Source of the DNA: Tubulanus polymorphus
Taxonomy: Eukaryota > Animalia > Nemertea
Length of the DNA: 64,000 nt
Assembly: GCF_964204645.1 (NCBI RefSeq)
Contig: NW_027437433.1
Coordinates: forward strand, 62,001-126,000
Direction of reading: 5' to 3'
The position numbers and the translations under genes were made by a program. Shown in pieces: positions 37,601 through 50,500 of the stretch. The notes under the pieces are model-generated. The model had not been told where the DNA came from, did no database searches, and worked only from the letters and a program-made list of their open reading frames with translations. The first letter of the stretch is position 1. Each line of letters starts with the position of its first letter.

Positions 37601-39455
37601 ATGGATTCAATCTGAAAAGATGAGTAAAGGCGTATTGAACTGATTTCAAATAGATAGGTGGAAAGAAACAGAATTTTCTGGCTGCTTTTGGTTCTAAAGA
37701 TGATGGATTCAATCTGAAAAGATGGGTTAAGGCTTATTGAACTGATTTAAAATAGATAGGTGGAAAGAATCAGAATTTTCTGGCTGCATTTGGTTCTGAA
37801 GATGATAGACTCGATCCGAAATGATAGGTTAAGGTAAACTGAACTTATTTCGAGTAGATGGGTTGAAAGATACAGATTTTTCTAGCTAAATATGGTTCTA
37901 AAGATGATGAATTCTATCTTAATTGATGGGTTTGGGTGTATTGAACTGATATCAAATAGATAGGTGGAAAGAATAAGAATTTTCTGGCTGCTTTTGGTTC
38001 TGAAGATGATGGATTCAATCTGAAAAGATGAGTAAAGGCGTATTGAACTGATTTCAAATAGATAGGTGGAAAGAAACAGAATTTTCTGGCTGCTTTTGGT
38101 TCTAAAGATGATGGATTCAATCTGAAAAGATGGGTTAAGGCTTATTGAACTGATTTCAAATAGATAGGTGGAAAGAATCAGAATTTTCTGGCTGCATTTG
38201 GTTCTGAAGATGATAGACTCGATCCGAAATGATAGGTTAAGGTAAACTGAACTTATTTCGAGTAGATGGGTTGAAAGATACAGATTTTTCTAGCTAAATA
38301 TGGTTCTAAAGATGATGAATTATAACTTAATTGATGGGTTTGGGTGTATTGAACTGATATCAAATAGATAGGTGGAAAGAATAAGAATTTTCTGGCTGCT
38401 TTTGGTTCTGAAGATGATGGATTCAATCTGAAAAGATGAGTAAAGGCGTATTGAACTGATTTCAAATAGATAGGTGGAAAGAAACAGAATTTTCTGGCTG
38501 CTTTTGGTTCTAAAGATGATGGATTCAATCTGAAAAGATGAGTAAAGGCGTATTGAACTGATTTAAAATAGATAGGTGGAAAGAATCAGAATTTTCTGGC
38601 TGCATTTGGTTCTGAAGATGATAGACTCGATCCGAAATGATAGGTTAAGGTAAACTGAACTTATTTCGAGTAGATGGGGTGAAAGATACAGATTTTTCTA
38701 GCTAAATATGGTTCTAAAGATGATGAATTCTATCTTAATTGATGGGTTTGGGTGTATTGAACTGATATCAAATAGATAGGTGGAAAGAATAAGAATTTTC
38801 TGGCTGCTTTTGGTTCTGAAGATGATGGATTCAATCTGAAAAGATGAGTAAAGGCGTATTGAACTGATTTCAAATAGATAGGTGGAAAGAAACAGAATTT
38901 TCTGGCTGCTTTTGGTTCTAAAGATGATGGATTCAATCTGAAAAGATGGGTTAAGGCTTATTGAACTGATTTCAAATAGATAGGTGGAAAGAAACAGAAT
39001 TTTCTGGCTGCTTTTGGTTCTAAAGATGATGGATTCAATCTGAAAAGATGGGTTAAGGCTCATTGAACTGATTTAAAATAGATAGGTGGAAAGAATCAGA
39101 ATTTTCTGGCTGCTTTTGGTTCTGAAGATGATGGATTCAATCTGAAAAGATGGGTTAAGGCGTATTGAACTGATTTCAAATAGATAGGTGGAAAGAAACC
39201 GAATTTTCTTGCTGCTTTTGTTTCTAAAGATGATGGATCAATGTGAAAAGATGGGTTAAGGCGTATTGAACTGATTTCAAATAGATAGGTGGAAAGAAAC
39301 AGAATTTTCTGGCTGCTTTTGGTTCTAAAGATGATGGATTCAATCTGAAAAGATGGGTTAAGGCTTATTGAACTGATTTCAAATAGAAAGGTGGAAAGAA
39401 TCAGAATTTTCTGGCTGCATTTGGTCCTGAAGATGATAGACTCGATCCGAAATGA
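31604..39455 (+). repeat. Dispersed copy of block ~2550-10299 (offset 29156 bp)
   Basis: Consecutive ORF-track anchors from 2538/31694 to 10320/39476 all differ by 29156, including the rare 918-bp 9-mer (4895 and 34051). Confidence 0.87.
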
Positions 39456-41596
39456 TAGGTTAAGGTAAACTGAACTTATTTCGAGTAGATGGGTTGAAAG
39501 ATACAGATTTTTCTAGCTAAATATGGTTCTAAAGATGATGAATTATAACTCAATGGATGGGTTTGGGTGTATTGAACTGATATCAAATAGATAGGTGGAA
39601 AGAATAAGAATTTTCTGGCTGCTTTTGGTTCTGAAGATGATGGATTCAATCTGAAAAGATGAGTAAAGGCGTATTGAACTGATTTCAAATAGATAGGTGG
39701 AAAGAAACAGAATTTTCTGGCTGCTTTTGGTTCTAAAGATGATGGATTCAATCTGAAAAGATGGGTTAAGGCTTATTGAACTGATTTCAAATAGATAGGT
39801 GGAAAGAATCAGAATTTTCTGGCTGCATTTGGTTCTGAAGATGATAGACTCGATCCGAAATGATAGGTTAAGGTAAACTGAACTTATTTCGAGTAGATGG
39901 GTTGAAAGATACAGATTTTTCTAGCTAAATATGGTTCTAAAGATGATGAATTATAACTTAATTGATGGGTTTGGGTGTATTGAACTAATATCAAATAGAT
40001 AGGTGGAAAGAATAAGAATTTTCTGGCTGCTTTTGGTTCTGAAGATGATGGATTCAATCTGAAAAGATGAGTAAAGGCGTATTGAACTGATTTCAAATAG
40101 ATAGGTGGAAAGAAACAGAATTTTCTGGCTGCTTTTGGTTCTAAAGATGATGGATTCAATCTGAAAAGATGAGTAAAGGCGTATTGAACTGATTTCAAAT
40201 AGATAGGTGGAAAGAAACAGAATTTTCTGGCTGCTTTTGGTTCTAAAGATGATGGATTCAATCTGAAAAGATGAGTAAAGGCGTATTGAACTGATTTAAA
40301 ATAGATAGGTGGAAAGAATCAGAATTTTCTGGCTGCATTTGGTTCTGAAGATGATAGACTCGATCCGAAATGATAGGTTAAGGTAAACTGAACTTATTTC
40401 GAGTAGATGGGTTGAAAGATACAGATTTTTCTAGCTAAATATGGTTCTAAAGATGATGAATTCTATCTTAATTGATGGGTTTGGGTGTATTGAACTGATA
40501 TCAAATAGATAGGTGGAAAGAATAAGAATTTTCTGGCTGCTTTTGGTTCTGAAGATGATGGATTCAATCTGAAAAGATGAGTAAAGGCGTATTGAACTGA
40601 TTTCAAATAGATAGGTGGAAAGAAACAGAATTTTCTGGCTGCTTTTGGTTCTAAAGATGATGGATTCAATCTGAAAAGATGGGTTAAGGCTTATTGAACT
40701 GATTTCAAATAGAAAGGTGGAAAGAATCAGAATTTTCTGGCTGCATTTGGTCCTGAAGATGATAGACTCGATCCGAAATGATAGGTTAAGGTAAACTGAA
40801 CTTATTTCGAGTAGATGGGTTGAAAGATACAGATTTTTCTAGCTAAATATGGTTCTAAAGATGATGAATTATAACTCAATTGATGGGTTTGGGTGTATTG
40901 AACTGATATCAAATAGATAGGTGGAAAGAATAAGAATTTTCTGGCTGCTTTTGGTTCTGAAGATGATGGATTCAATCTGAAACGATGAGTAAAGGCGTAT
41001 TGAACTGATTTCAAATAGATAGGTGGAAAGAAACAGAATTTTCTGGCTGCTTTTGGTTCTAAAGATGATGGATTCAATCTGAAAAGATGGGTTAAGGCTT
41101 ATTGAACTGATTTCAAATAGATAGGTGGAAAGAATCAGAATTTTCTGGCTGCATTTGGTTCTGAAGATGATAGACTCGATCCGAAATGATAGGTTAAGGT
41201 AAACTGAACTTATTTCGAGTAGATGGGTTGAAAGATACAGATTTTTCTAGCTAAATATGGTTCTAAAGATGATGAATTCTATCTTAATTGATGGGTTTGG
41301 GTGTATTGAACTGATATCAAATAGATAGGTGGAAAGAATAAGAATTTTCTGGCTGCTTTTGGTTCTGAAGATGATGGATTCAATCTGAAAAGATGAGTAA
41401 AGGCGTATTGAACTGATTTCAAATAGATAGGTGGAAAGAAACAGAATTTTCTGGCTGCTTTTAGTTCTAAAGATGATGGATTCAATCTGAAAAGATGGGT
41501 TAAGGCTTATTGAACTGATTTAAAATAGATAGGTGGAAAGAATCAGAATTTTCTGGCTGCATTTGGTTCTGAAGATGATAGACTCGATCCGAAATG

Positions 41597-44500
41597 ATAG
41601 GTTAAGGTAAACTGAACTTATTTCGAGTAGATGGGTTGAAAGATACAGATTTTTCTAGCTAAATATGGTTCTAAAGATGATGAATTCTATCTTAATTGAT
41701 GGGTTTGGGTGTATTGAACTGATATCAAATAGATAGGTGGAAAGAATAAGAATTTTCTGGCTGCTTTTGGTTCTGAAGATGATGGATTCAATCTGAAAAG
41801 ATGAGTAAAGGCGTATTGAACTGATTTCAAATAGATAGGTGGAAAGAAACAGAATTTTCTGGCTGCTTTTGGTTCTAAAGATGATGGATTCAATCTGAAA
41901 AGATGGGTTAAGGCTTATTGAACTGATTTCAAATATATAGGTGGAAAGAAACAGAATTTTCTGGCTGCTTTTGGTTCTAAAGATGATGGATTCAATCTGA
42001 AAAGATGGGTTAAGGCTTATTGAACTGATTTAAAATAGATAGGTGGAAAGAATCAGAATTTTCTGGCTGCTTTTGGTTCTGAAGATGATGGATTCAATCT
42101 GAAAAGATGGGTTAAGGCGTATTGAACTGATTTCAAATAGATAGGTGGAAAGAAACCGAATTTTCTGGCTGCTTTTGTTTCTAAAGTTGATGGATCAATG
42201 TGAAAAGATGGGTTAAGGCGTATTGAACTGATTTCAAATAGATAGGTGGAAAGAAACAGAATTTTCTGGCTGCTTTTGGTTCTAAAGATGATGGATTCAA
42301 TCTGAAAAGATGGGTTAAGGCTTATTGAACTGATTTCAAATAGAAAGGTGGAAAGAATCAGAATTTTCTGGCTGCATTTGGTCCTGAAGATGATAGACTC
42401 GATCCGAAATGATAGGTTAAGGTAAACTGAACTTATTTCGAGTAGATGGGTTGAAAGATACAGATTTTTCTAGCTAAATATGGTTCTAAAGATGATGAAT
42501 TATAACTCAATTGATGGGTTTGGGTGTATTGAACTGATATCAAATAGATAGGTGGAAAGAATAAGAATTTTCTGGCTGCTTTTGGTTCTGAAGATGATGG
42601 ATTCAATCTGAAAAGATGAGTAAAGGCGTATTGAACTGATTTCAAATAGATAGGTGGAAAGAAACAGAATTTTCTGGCTGCTTTTGGTTCTAAAGATGAT
42701 GGATTCAATCTGAAAAGATGGGTTAAGGCTTATTGAACTGATTTAAAATAGATAGGTGGAAAGAATCAGAATTTTCTGGCTGCATTTGGTTCTGAAGATG
42801 ATAGACTCGATCCGAAATGATAGGTTAAGGTAAACTGAACTTATTTCGAGTAGATGGGTTGAAAGATACAGATTTTTCTAGCTAAATATGGTTCTAAAGA
42901 TGATGAATTCTATCTTAATTGATGGGTTTGGGTGTATTGAACTGATATCAAATAGATAGGTGGAAAGAATAAGAATTTTCTGGCTGCTTTTGGTTCTGAA
43001 GATGATGGATTCAATCTGAAAAGATGAGTAAAGGCGTATTGAACTGATTTCAAATAGATAGGTGGAAAGAAACAGAATTTTCTGGCTGCTTTTGGTTCTA
43101 AAGATGATGGATTCAATCTGAAAAGATGGGTTAAGGCTTATTGAACTGATTTCAAATAGATAGGTGGAAAGAATCAGAATTTTCTGGCTGCATTTGGTTC
43201 TGAAGATGATAGACTCGATCCGAAATGATAGGTTAAGGTAAACTGAACTTATTTCGAGTAGATGGGTTGAAAGATACAGATTTTTCTAGCTAAATATGGT
43301 TCTAAAGATGATGAATTATAACTTAATTGATGGGTTTGGGTGTATTGAACTGATATCAAATAGATAGGTGGAAAGAAACCGAATTTTCTGGCTGCTTTTG
43401 GTTCTGAAGATGATGGATTCAATCTGAAAAGATGAGTAAAGGCGTATTGAACTGATTTCAAATAGATAGGTGGAAAGAAACAGAATTTTCTGGCTGCTTT
43501 TGGTTCTAAAGATGATGGATTCAATCTGAAAAGATGAGTAAAGGCGTATTGAACTGATTTAAAATAGATAGGTGGAAAGAATCAGAATTTTCTGGCTGCA
43601 TTTGGTTCTGAAGATGATAGACTCGATCCGAAATGATAGGTTAAGGTAAACTGAACTTATTTCGAGTAGATGGGGTGAAAGATACAGATTTTTCTAGCTA
43701 AATATGGTTCTAAAGATGATGAATTCTATCTTAATTGATGGGTTTGGGTGTATTGAACTGATATCAAATAGATAGGTGGAAAGAATAAGAATTTTCTGGC
43801 TGCTTTTGGTTCTGAAGATGATGGATTCAATCTGAAAAGATGAGTAAAGGCGTATTGAACTGATTTCAAATAGATAGGTGGAAAGAAACAGAATTTTCTG
43901 GCTGCTTTTGGTTCTAAAGATGATGGATTCAATCTGAAAAGATGGGTTAAGGCTTATTGAACTGATTTCAAATAGATAGGTGGAAAGAAACAGAATTTTC
44001 TGGCTGCTTTTGGTTCTAAAGATGATGGATTCAATCTGAAAAGATGGGTTAAGGCTTATTGAACTGATTTAAAATAGATAGGTGGAAAGAATCAGAATTT
44101 TCTGGCTGCTTTTGGTTCTGAAGATGATGGATTCAATCTGAAAAGATGGGTTAAGGCGTATTGAACTGATTTCAAATAGATAGGTGGAAAGAAACCGAAT
44201 TTTCTTGCTGCTTTTGTTTCTAAAGATGATGGATCAATGTGAAAAGATGGGTTAAGGCGTATTGAACTGATTTCAAATAGATAGGTGGAAAGAAACAGAA
44301 TTTTCTGGCTGCTTTTGGTTCTAAAGATGATGGATTCAATCTGAAAAGATGGGTTAAGGCTTATTGAACTGATTTAAAATAGATAGGTGGAAAGAATCAG
44401 AATTTTCTGGCTGCATTTGGTTCTGAAGATGATAGACTCGATCCGAAATGATAGGTTAAGGTAAACTGAACTTATTTCGAGTAGATGGGTTGAAAGATAC

Positions 44501-47500
44501 AGATTTTTCTAGCTAAATATGGTTCTAAAGATGATGAATTATAACTCAATTGATGGGTTTGGGTGTATTGAACTGATATCAAATAGATAGGTGGAAAGAA
44601 TAAGAATTTTCTGGCTGCTTTTGGTTCTGAAGATGATGGATTCAATCTGAAAAGATGAGTAAAGGCGTATTGAACTGATTTCAAATAGATAGGTGGAAAG
44701 AAACAGAATTTTCTGGCTGCTTTTGGTTCTAAAGATGATGGATTCAATCTGAAAAGATGGGTTAAGGCTTATTGAACTGATTTCAAATAGATAGGTGGAA
44801 AGAATCAGAATTTTCTGGCTGCATTTGGTTCTGAAGATGATAGACTCGATCCGAAATGATAGGTTAAGGTAAACTGAACTTATTTCGAGTAGATGGGTTG
44901 AAAGATACAGATTTTTCTAGCTAAATATGGTTCTAAAGATGATGAATTCTATCTTAATTGATGGGTTTGGGTGTATTGAACTGATATCAAATAGATAGGT
45001 GGAAAGAATAAGAATTTTCTGGCTGCTTTTGGTTCTGAAGATGATGGATTCAATCTGAAAAGATGAGTAAAGGCGTATTGAACTGATTTCAAATAGATAG
45101 GTGGAAAGAAACAGAATTTTCTGGCTGCTTTTAGTTCTAAAGATGATGGATTCAATCTGAAAAGATGGGTTAAGGCTTATTGAACTGATTTCAAATAGAT
45201 AGGTGGAAAGAATCAGAATTTTCTGGCTGCATTTGGTTCTGAAGATGATAGACTCGATCCGAAATGATAGGTTAAGGTAAACTGAACTTATTTCGAGTAG
45301 ATGGGTTGAAAGATACAGATTTTTCTAGCTAAATATGGTTCTAAAGATGATGAATTATAACTTAATTGATGGGTTTGGGTGTATTGAACTGATATCAAAT
45401 AGATAGGTGGAAAGAATAAGAATTTTCTGGCTGCTTTTGGTTCTGAAGATGATGGATTCAATCTGAAAAGATGAGTAAAGGCGTATTGAACTGATTTCAA
45501 ATAGATAGGTGGAAAGAAACAGAATTTTCTGGCTGCTTTTGGTTCTAAAGATGATGGATTCAATCTGAAAAGATGAGTAAAGGCGTATTGAACTGATTTA
45601 AAATAGATAGGTGGAAAGAATCAGAATTTTCTGGCTGCATTTGGTTCTGAAGATGATAGACTCGATCCGAAATGATAGGTTAAGGTAAACTGAACTTATT
45701 TCGAGTAGATGGGGTGAAAGATACAGATTTTTCTAGCTAAATATGGTTCTAAAGATGATGAATTCTATCTTAATTGATGGGTTTGGGTGTATTGAACTGA
45801 TATCAAATAGATAGGTGGAAAGAATAAGAATTTTCTGGCTGCTTTTGGTTCTGAAGATGATGGATTCAATCTGAAAAGATGAGTAAAGGCGTATTGAACT
45901 GATTTCAAATAGATAGGTGGAAAGAAACAGAATTTTCTGGCTGCTTTTGGTTCTAAAGATGATGGATTCAATCTGAAAAGATGGGTTAAGGCTTATTGAA
46001 CTGATTTCAAATAGATAGGTGGAAAGAAACAGAATTTTCTGGCTGCTTTTGGTTCTAAAGATGATGGATTCAATCTGAAAAGATGGGTTAAGGCTTATTG
46101 AACTGATTTAAAATAGATAGGTGGAAAGAATCAGAATTTTCTGGCTGCTTTTGGTTCTGAAGATGATGGATTCAATCTGAAAAGATGGGTTAAGGCGTAT
46201 TGAACTGATTTCAAATAGATAGGTGGAAAGAAACCGAATTTTCTTGCTGCTTTTGTTTCTAAAGATGATGGATCAATGTGAAAAGATGGGTTAAGGCGTA
46301 TTGAACTGATTTCAAATAGATAGGTGGAAAGAAACAGAATTTTCTGGCTGCTTTTGGTTCTAAAGATGATGGATTCAATCTGAAAAGATGGGTTAAGGCT
46401 TATTGAACTGATTTCAAATAGAAAGGTGGAAAGAATCAGAATTTTCTGGCTGCATTTGGTCCTGAAGATGATAGACTCGATCCGAAATGATAGGTTAAGG
46501 TAAACTGAACTTATTTCGAGTAGATGGGTTGAAAGATACAGATTTTTCTAGCTAAATATGGTTCTAAAGATGATGAATTATAACTCAATGGATGGGTTTG
46601 GGTGTATTGAACTGATATCAAATAGATAGGTGGAAAGAATAAGAATTTTCTGGCTGCTTTTGGTTCTGAAGATGATGGATTCAATCTGAAAAGATGAGTA
46701 AAGGCGTATTGAACTGATTTCAAATAGATAGGTGGAAAGAAACAGAATTTTCTGGCTGCTTTTGGTTCTAAAGATGATGGATTCAATCTGAAAAGATGGG
46801 TTAAGGCTTATTGAACTGATTTCAAATAGATAGGTGGAAAGAATCAGAATTTTCTGGCTGCATTTGGTTCTGAAGATGATAGACTCGATCCGAAATGATA
46901 GGTTAAGGTAAACTGAACTTATTTCGAGTAGATGGGTTGAAAGATACAGATTTTTCTAGCTAAATATGGTTCTAAAGATGATGAATTATAACTTAATTGA
47001 TGGGTTTGGGTGTATTGAACTAATATCAAATAGATAGGTGGAAAGAATAAGAATTTTCTGGCTGCTTTTGGTTCTGAAGATGATGGATTCAATCTGAAAA
47101 GATGAGTAAAGGCGTATTGAACTGATTTCAAATAGATAGGTGGAAAGAAACAGAATTTTCTGGCTGCTTTTGGTTCTAAAGATGATGGATTCAATCTGAA
47201 AAGATGAGTAAAGGCGTATTGAACTGATTTCAAATAGATAGGTGGAAAGAAACAGAATTTTCTGGCTGCTTTTGGTTCTAAAGATGATGGATTCAATCTG
47301 AAAAGATGAGTAAAGGCGTATTGAACTGATTTAAAATATATAGGTGGAAAGAATCAGAATTTTCTGGCTGCATTTGGTTCTGAAGATGATAGACTCGATC
47401 CGAAATGATAGGTTAAGGTAAACTGAACTTATTTCGAGTAGATGGGTTGAAAGATACAGATTTTTCTAGCTAAATATGGTTCTAAAGATGATGAATTCTA

Positions 47501-50500
47501 TCTTAATTGATGGGTTTGGGTGTATTGAACTGATATCAAATAGATAGGTGGAAAGAATAAGAATTTTCTGGCTGCTTTTGGTTCTGAAGATGATGGATTC
47601 AATCTGAAAAGATGAGTAAAGGCGTATTGAACTGATTTCAAATAGATAGGTGGAAAGAAACAGAATTTTCTGGCTGCTTTTGGTTCTAAAGATGATGGAT
47701 TCAATCTGAAAAGATGGGTTAAGGCTTATTGAACTGATTTCAAATAGATAGGTGGAAAGAAACAGAATTTTCTGGCTGCTTTTGGTTCTAAAGATGATGG
47801 ATTCAATCTGAAAAGATGGGTTAAGGCTTATTGAACTGATTTCAAATAGATAGGTGGAAAGAATCAGAATTTTCTGGCTGCATTTGGTTCTGAAGATGAT
47901 AGACTCGATCCGAAATGATAGGTTAAGGTAAACTGAACTTATTTCGAGTAGATGGGTTGAAAGATACAGATTTTTCTAGCTAAATATGGTTCTAAAGATG
48001 ATGAATTCTATCTTAATTGATGGGTTTGGGTGTATTGAACTGATATCAAATAGATAGGTGGAAAGAATAAGAATTTTCTGGCTGCTTTTGGTTCTGAAGA
48101 TGATGGATTCAATCTGAAAAGATGAGTAAAGGCGTATTGAACTGATTTCAAATAGATAGGTGGAAAGAAACCGAATTTTCTGGCTGCTTTTGTTTCTAAA
48201 GTTGATGGATCAATGTGAAAAGATGGGTTAAGGCGTATTGAACTGATTTCAAATAGATAGGTGGAAAGAAACAGAATTTTCTGGCTGCTTTTGGTTCTAA
48301 AGATGATGGATTCAATCTGAAAAGATGGGTTAAGGCTTATTGAACTGATTTCAAATATATCGGTGGAAAGAAACAGAATTTTCTGGCTGCTTTTGGTTCT
48401 AAAGATGATGGATTCAATCTGAAAAGATGGGTTAAGGCTTATTGAACTGATTTAAAATAGATAGGTGGAAAGAATCAGAATTTTCTGGCTGCTTTTGGTT
48501 CTGAAGATGATGGATTCAATCTGAAAAGATGGGTTAAGGCGTATTGAACTGATTTCAAATAGATAGGTGGAAAGAAACCGAATTTTCTGGCTGCTTTTGT
48601 TTCTAAAGTTGATGGATCAATGTGAAAAGATGGGTTAAGGCGTATTGAACTGATTTCAAATAGATAGGTGGAAAGAAACAGAATTTTCTGGCTGCTTTTG
48701 GTTCTAAAGATGATGGATTCAATCTGAAAAGATGGGTTAAGGCTTATTGAACTGATTTCAAATAGAAAGGTGGAAAGAATCAGAATTTTCTGGCTGCATT
48801 TGGTCCTGAAGATGATAGACTCGATCCGAAATGATAGGTTAAGGTAAACTGAACTTATTTCGAGTAGATGGGTTGAAAGATACAGATTTTTCTAGCTAAA
48901 TATGGTTCTAAAGATGATGAATTATAACTCAATTGATGGGTTTGGGTGTATTGAACTGATATCAAATAGATAGGTGGAAAGAATAAGAATTTTCTGGCTG
49001 CTTTTGGTTCTGAAGATGATGGATTCAATCTGAAAAGATGAGTAAAGGCGTATTGAACTGATTTCAAATAGATAGGTGGAAAGAAACAGAATTTTCTGGC
49101 TGCTTTTGGTTCTAAAGATGATGGATTCAATCTGAAAAGATGGGTTAAGGCTTATTGAACTGATTTCAAATAGATAGGTGGAAAGAATCAGAATTTTCTG
49201 GCTGCATTTGGTTCTGAAGATGATAGACTCGATCCGAAATGATAGGTTAAGGTAAACTGAACTTATTTCGAGTAGATGGGTTGAAAGATACAGATTTTTC
49301 TAGCTAAATATGGTTCTAAAGATGATGAATTCTATCTTAATTGATGGGTTTGGGTGTATTGAACTGATATCAAATAGATAGGTGGAAAGAATAAGAATTT
49401 TCTGGCTGCTTTTGGTTCTGAAGATGATGGATTCAATCTGAAAAGATGAGTAAAGGCGTATTGAACTGATTTCAAATAGATAGGTGGAAAGAAACAGAAT
49501 TTTCTGGCTGCTTTTGGTTCTAAAGATGATGGATTCAATCTGAAAAGATGGGTTAAGGCTTATTGAACTGATTTCAAATATATAGGTGGAAAGAAACAGA
49601 ATTTTCTGGCTGCTTTTGGTTCTAAAGATGATGGATTCAATCTGAAAAGATGGGTTAAGGCTTATTGAACTGATTTAAAATAGATAGGTGGAAAGAATCA
49701 GAATTTTCTGGCTGCTTTTGGTTCTGAAGATGATGGATTCAATCTGAAAAGATGGGTTAAGGCGTATTGAACTGATTTCAAATAGATAGGTGGAAAGAAA
49801 CCGAATTTTCTGGCTGCTTTTGTTTCTAAAGTTGATGGATCAATGTGAAAAGATGGGTTAAGGCGTATTGAACTGATTTCAAATAGATAGGTGGAAAGAA
49901 ACAGAATTTTCTGGCTGCTTTTGGTTCTAAAGATGATGGATTCAATCTGAAAAGATGGGTTAAGGCTTATTGAACTGATTTCAAATAGAAAGGTGGAAAG
50001 AATCAGAATTTTCTGGCTGCATTTGGTCCTGAAGATGATAGACTCGATCCGAAATGATAGGTTAAGGTAAACTGAACTTATTTCGAGTAGATGGGTTGAA
50101 AGATACAGATTTTTCTAGCTAAATATGGTTCTAAAGATGATGAATTATAACTCAATTGATGGGTTTGGGTGTATTGAACTGATATCAAATAGATAGGTGG
50201 AAAGAATAAGAATTTTCTGGCTGCTTTTGGTTCTGAAGATGATGGATTCAATCTGAAAAGATGAGTAAAGGCGTATTGAACTGATTTCAAATAGATAGGT
50301 GGAAAGAAACAGAATTTTCTGGCTGCTTTTGGTTCTAAAGATGATGGATTCAATCTGAAAAGATGGGTTAAGGCTTATTGAACTGATTTAAAATAGATAG
50401 GTGGAAAGAATCAGAATTTTCTGGCTGCATTTGGTTCTGAAGATGATAGACTCGATCCGAAATGATAGGTTAAGGTAAACTGAACTTATTTCGAGTAGAT

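Noticed and set aside
38698-39063. Unique 121-aa ATG-initiated ORF
   Set aside because: Created by a single private T>C SNV at 39061 in a frame that is open by chance in A-like monomers and stops in C.
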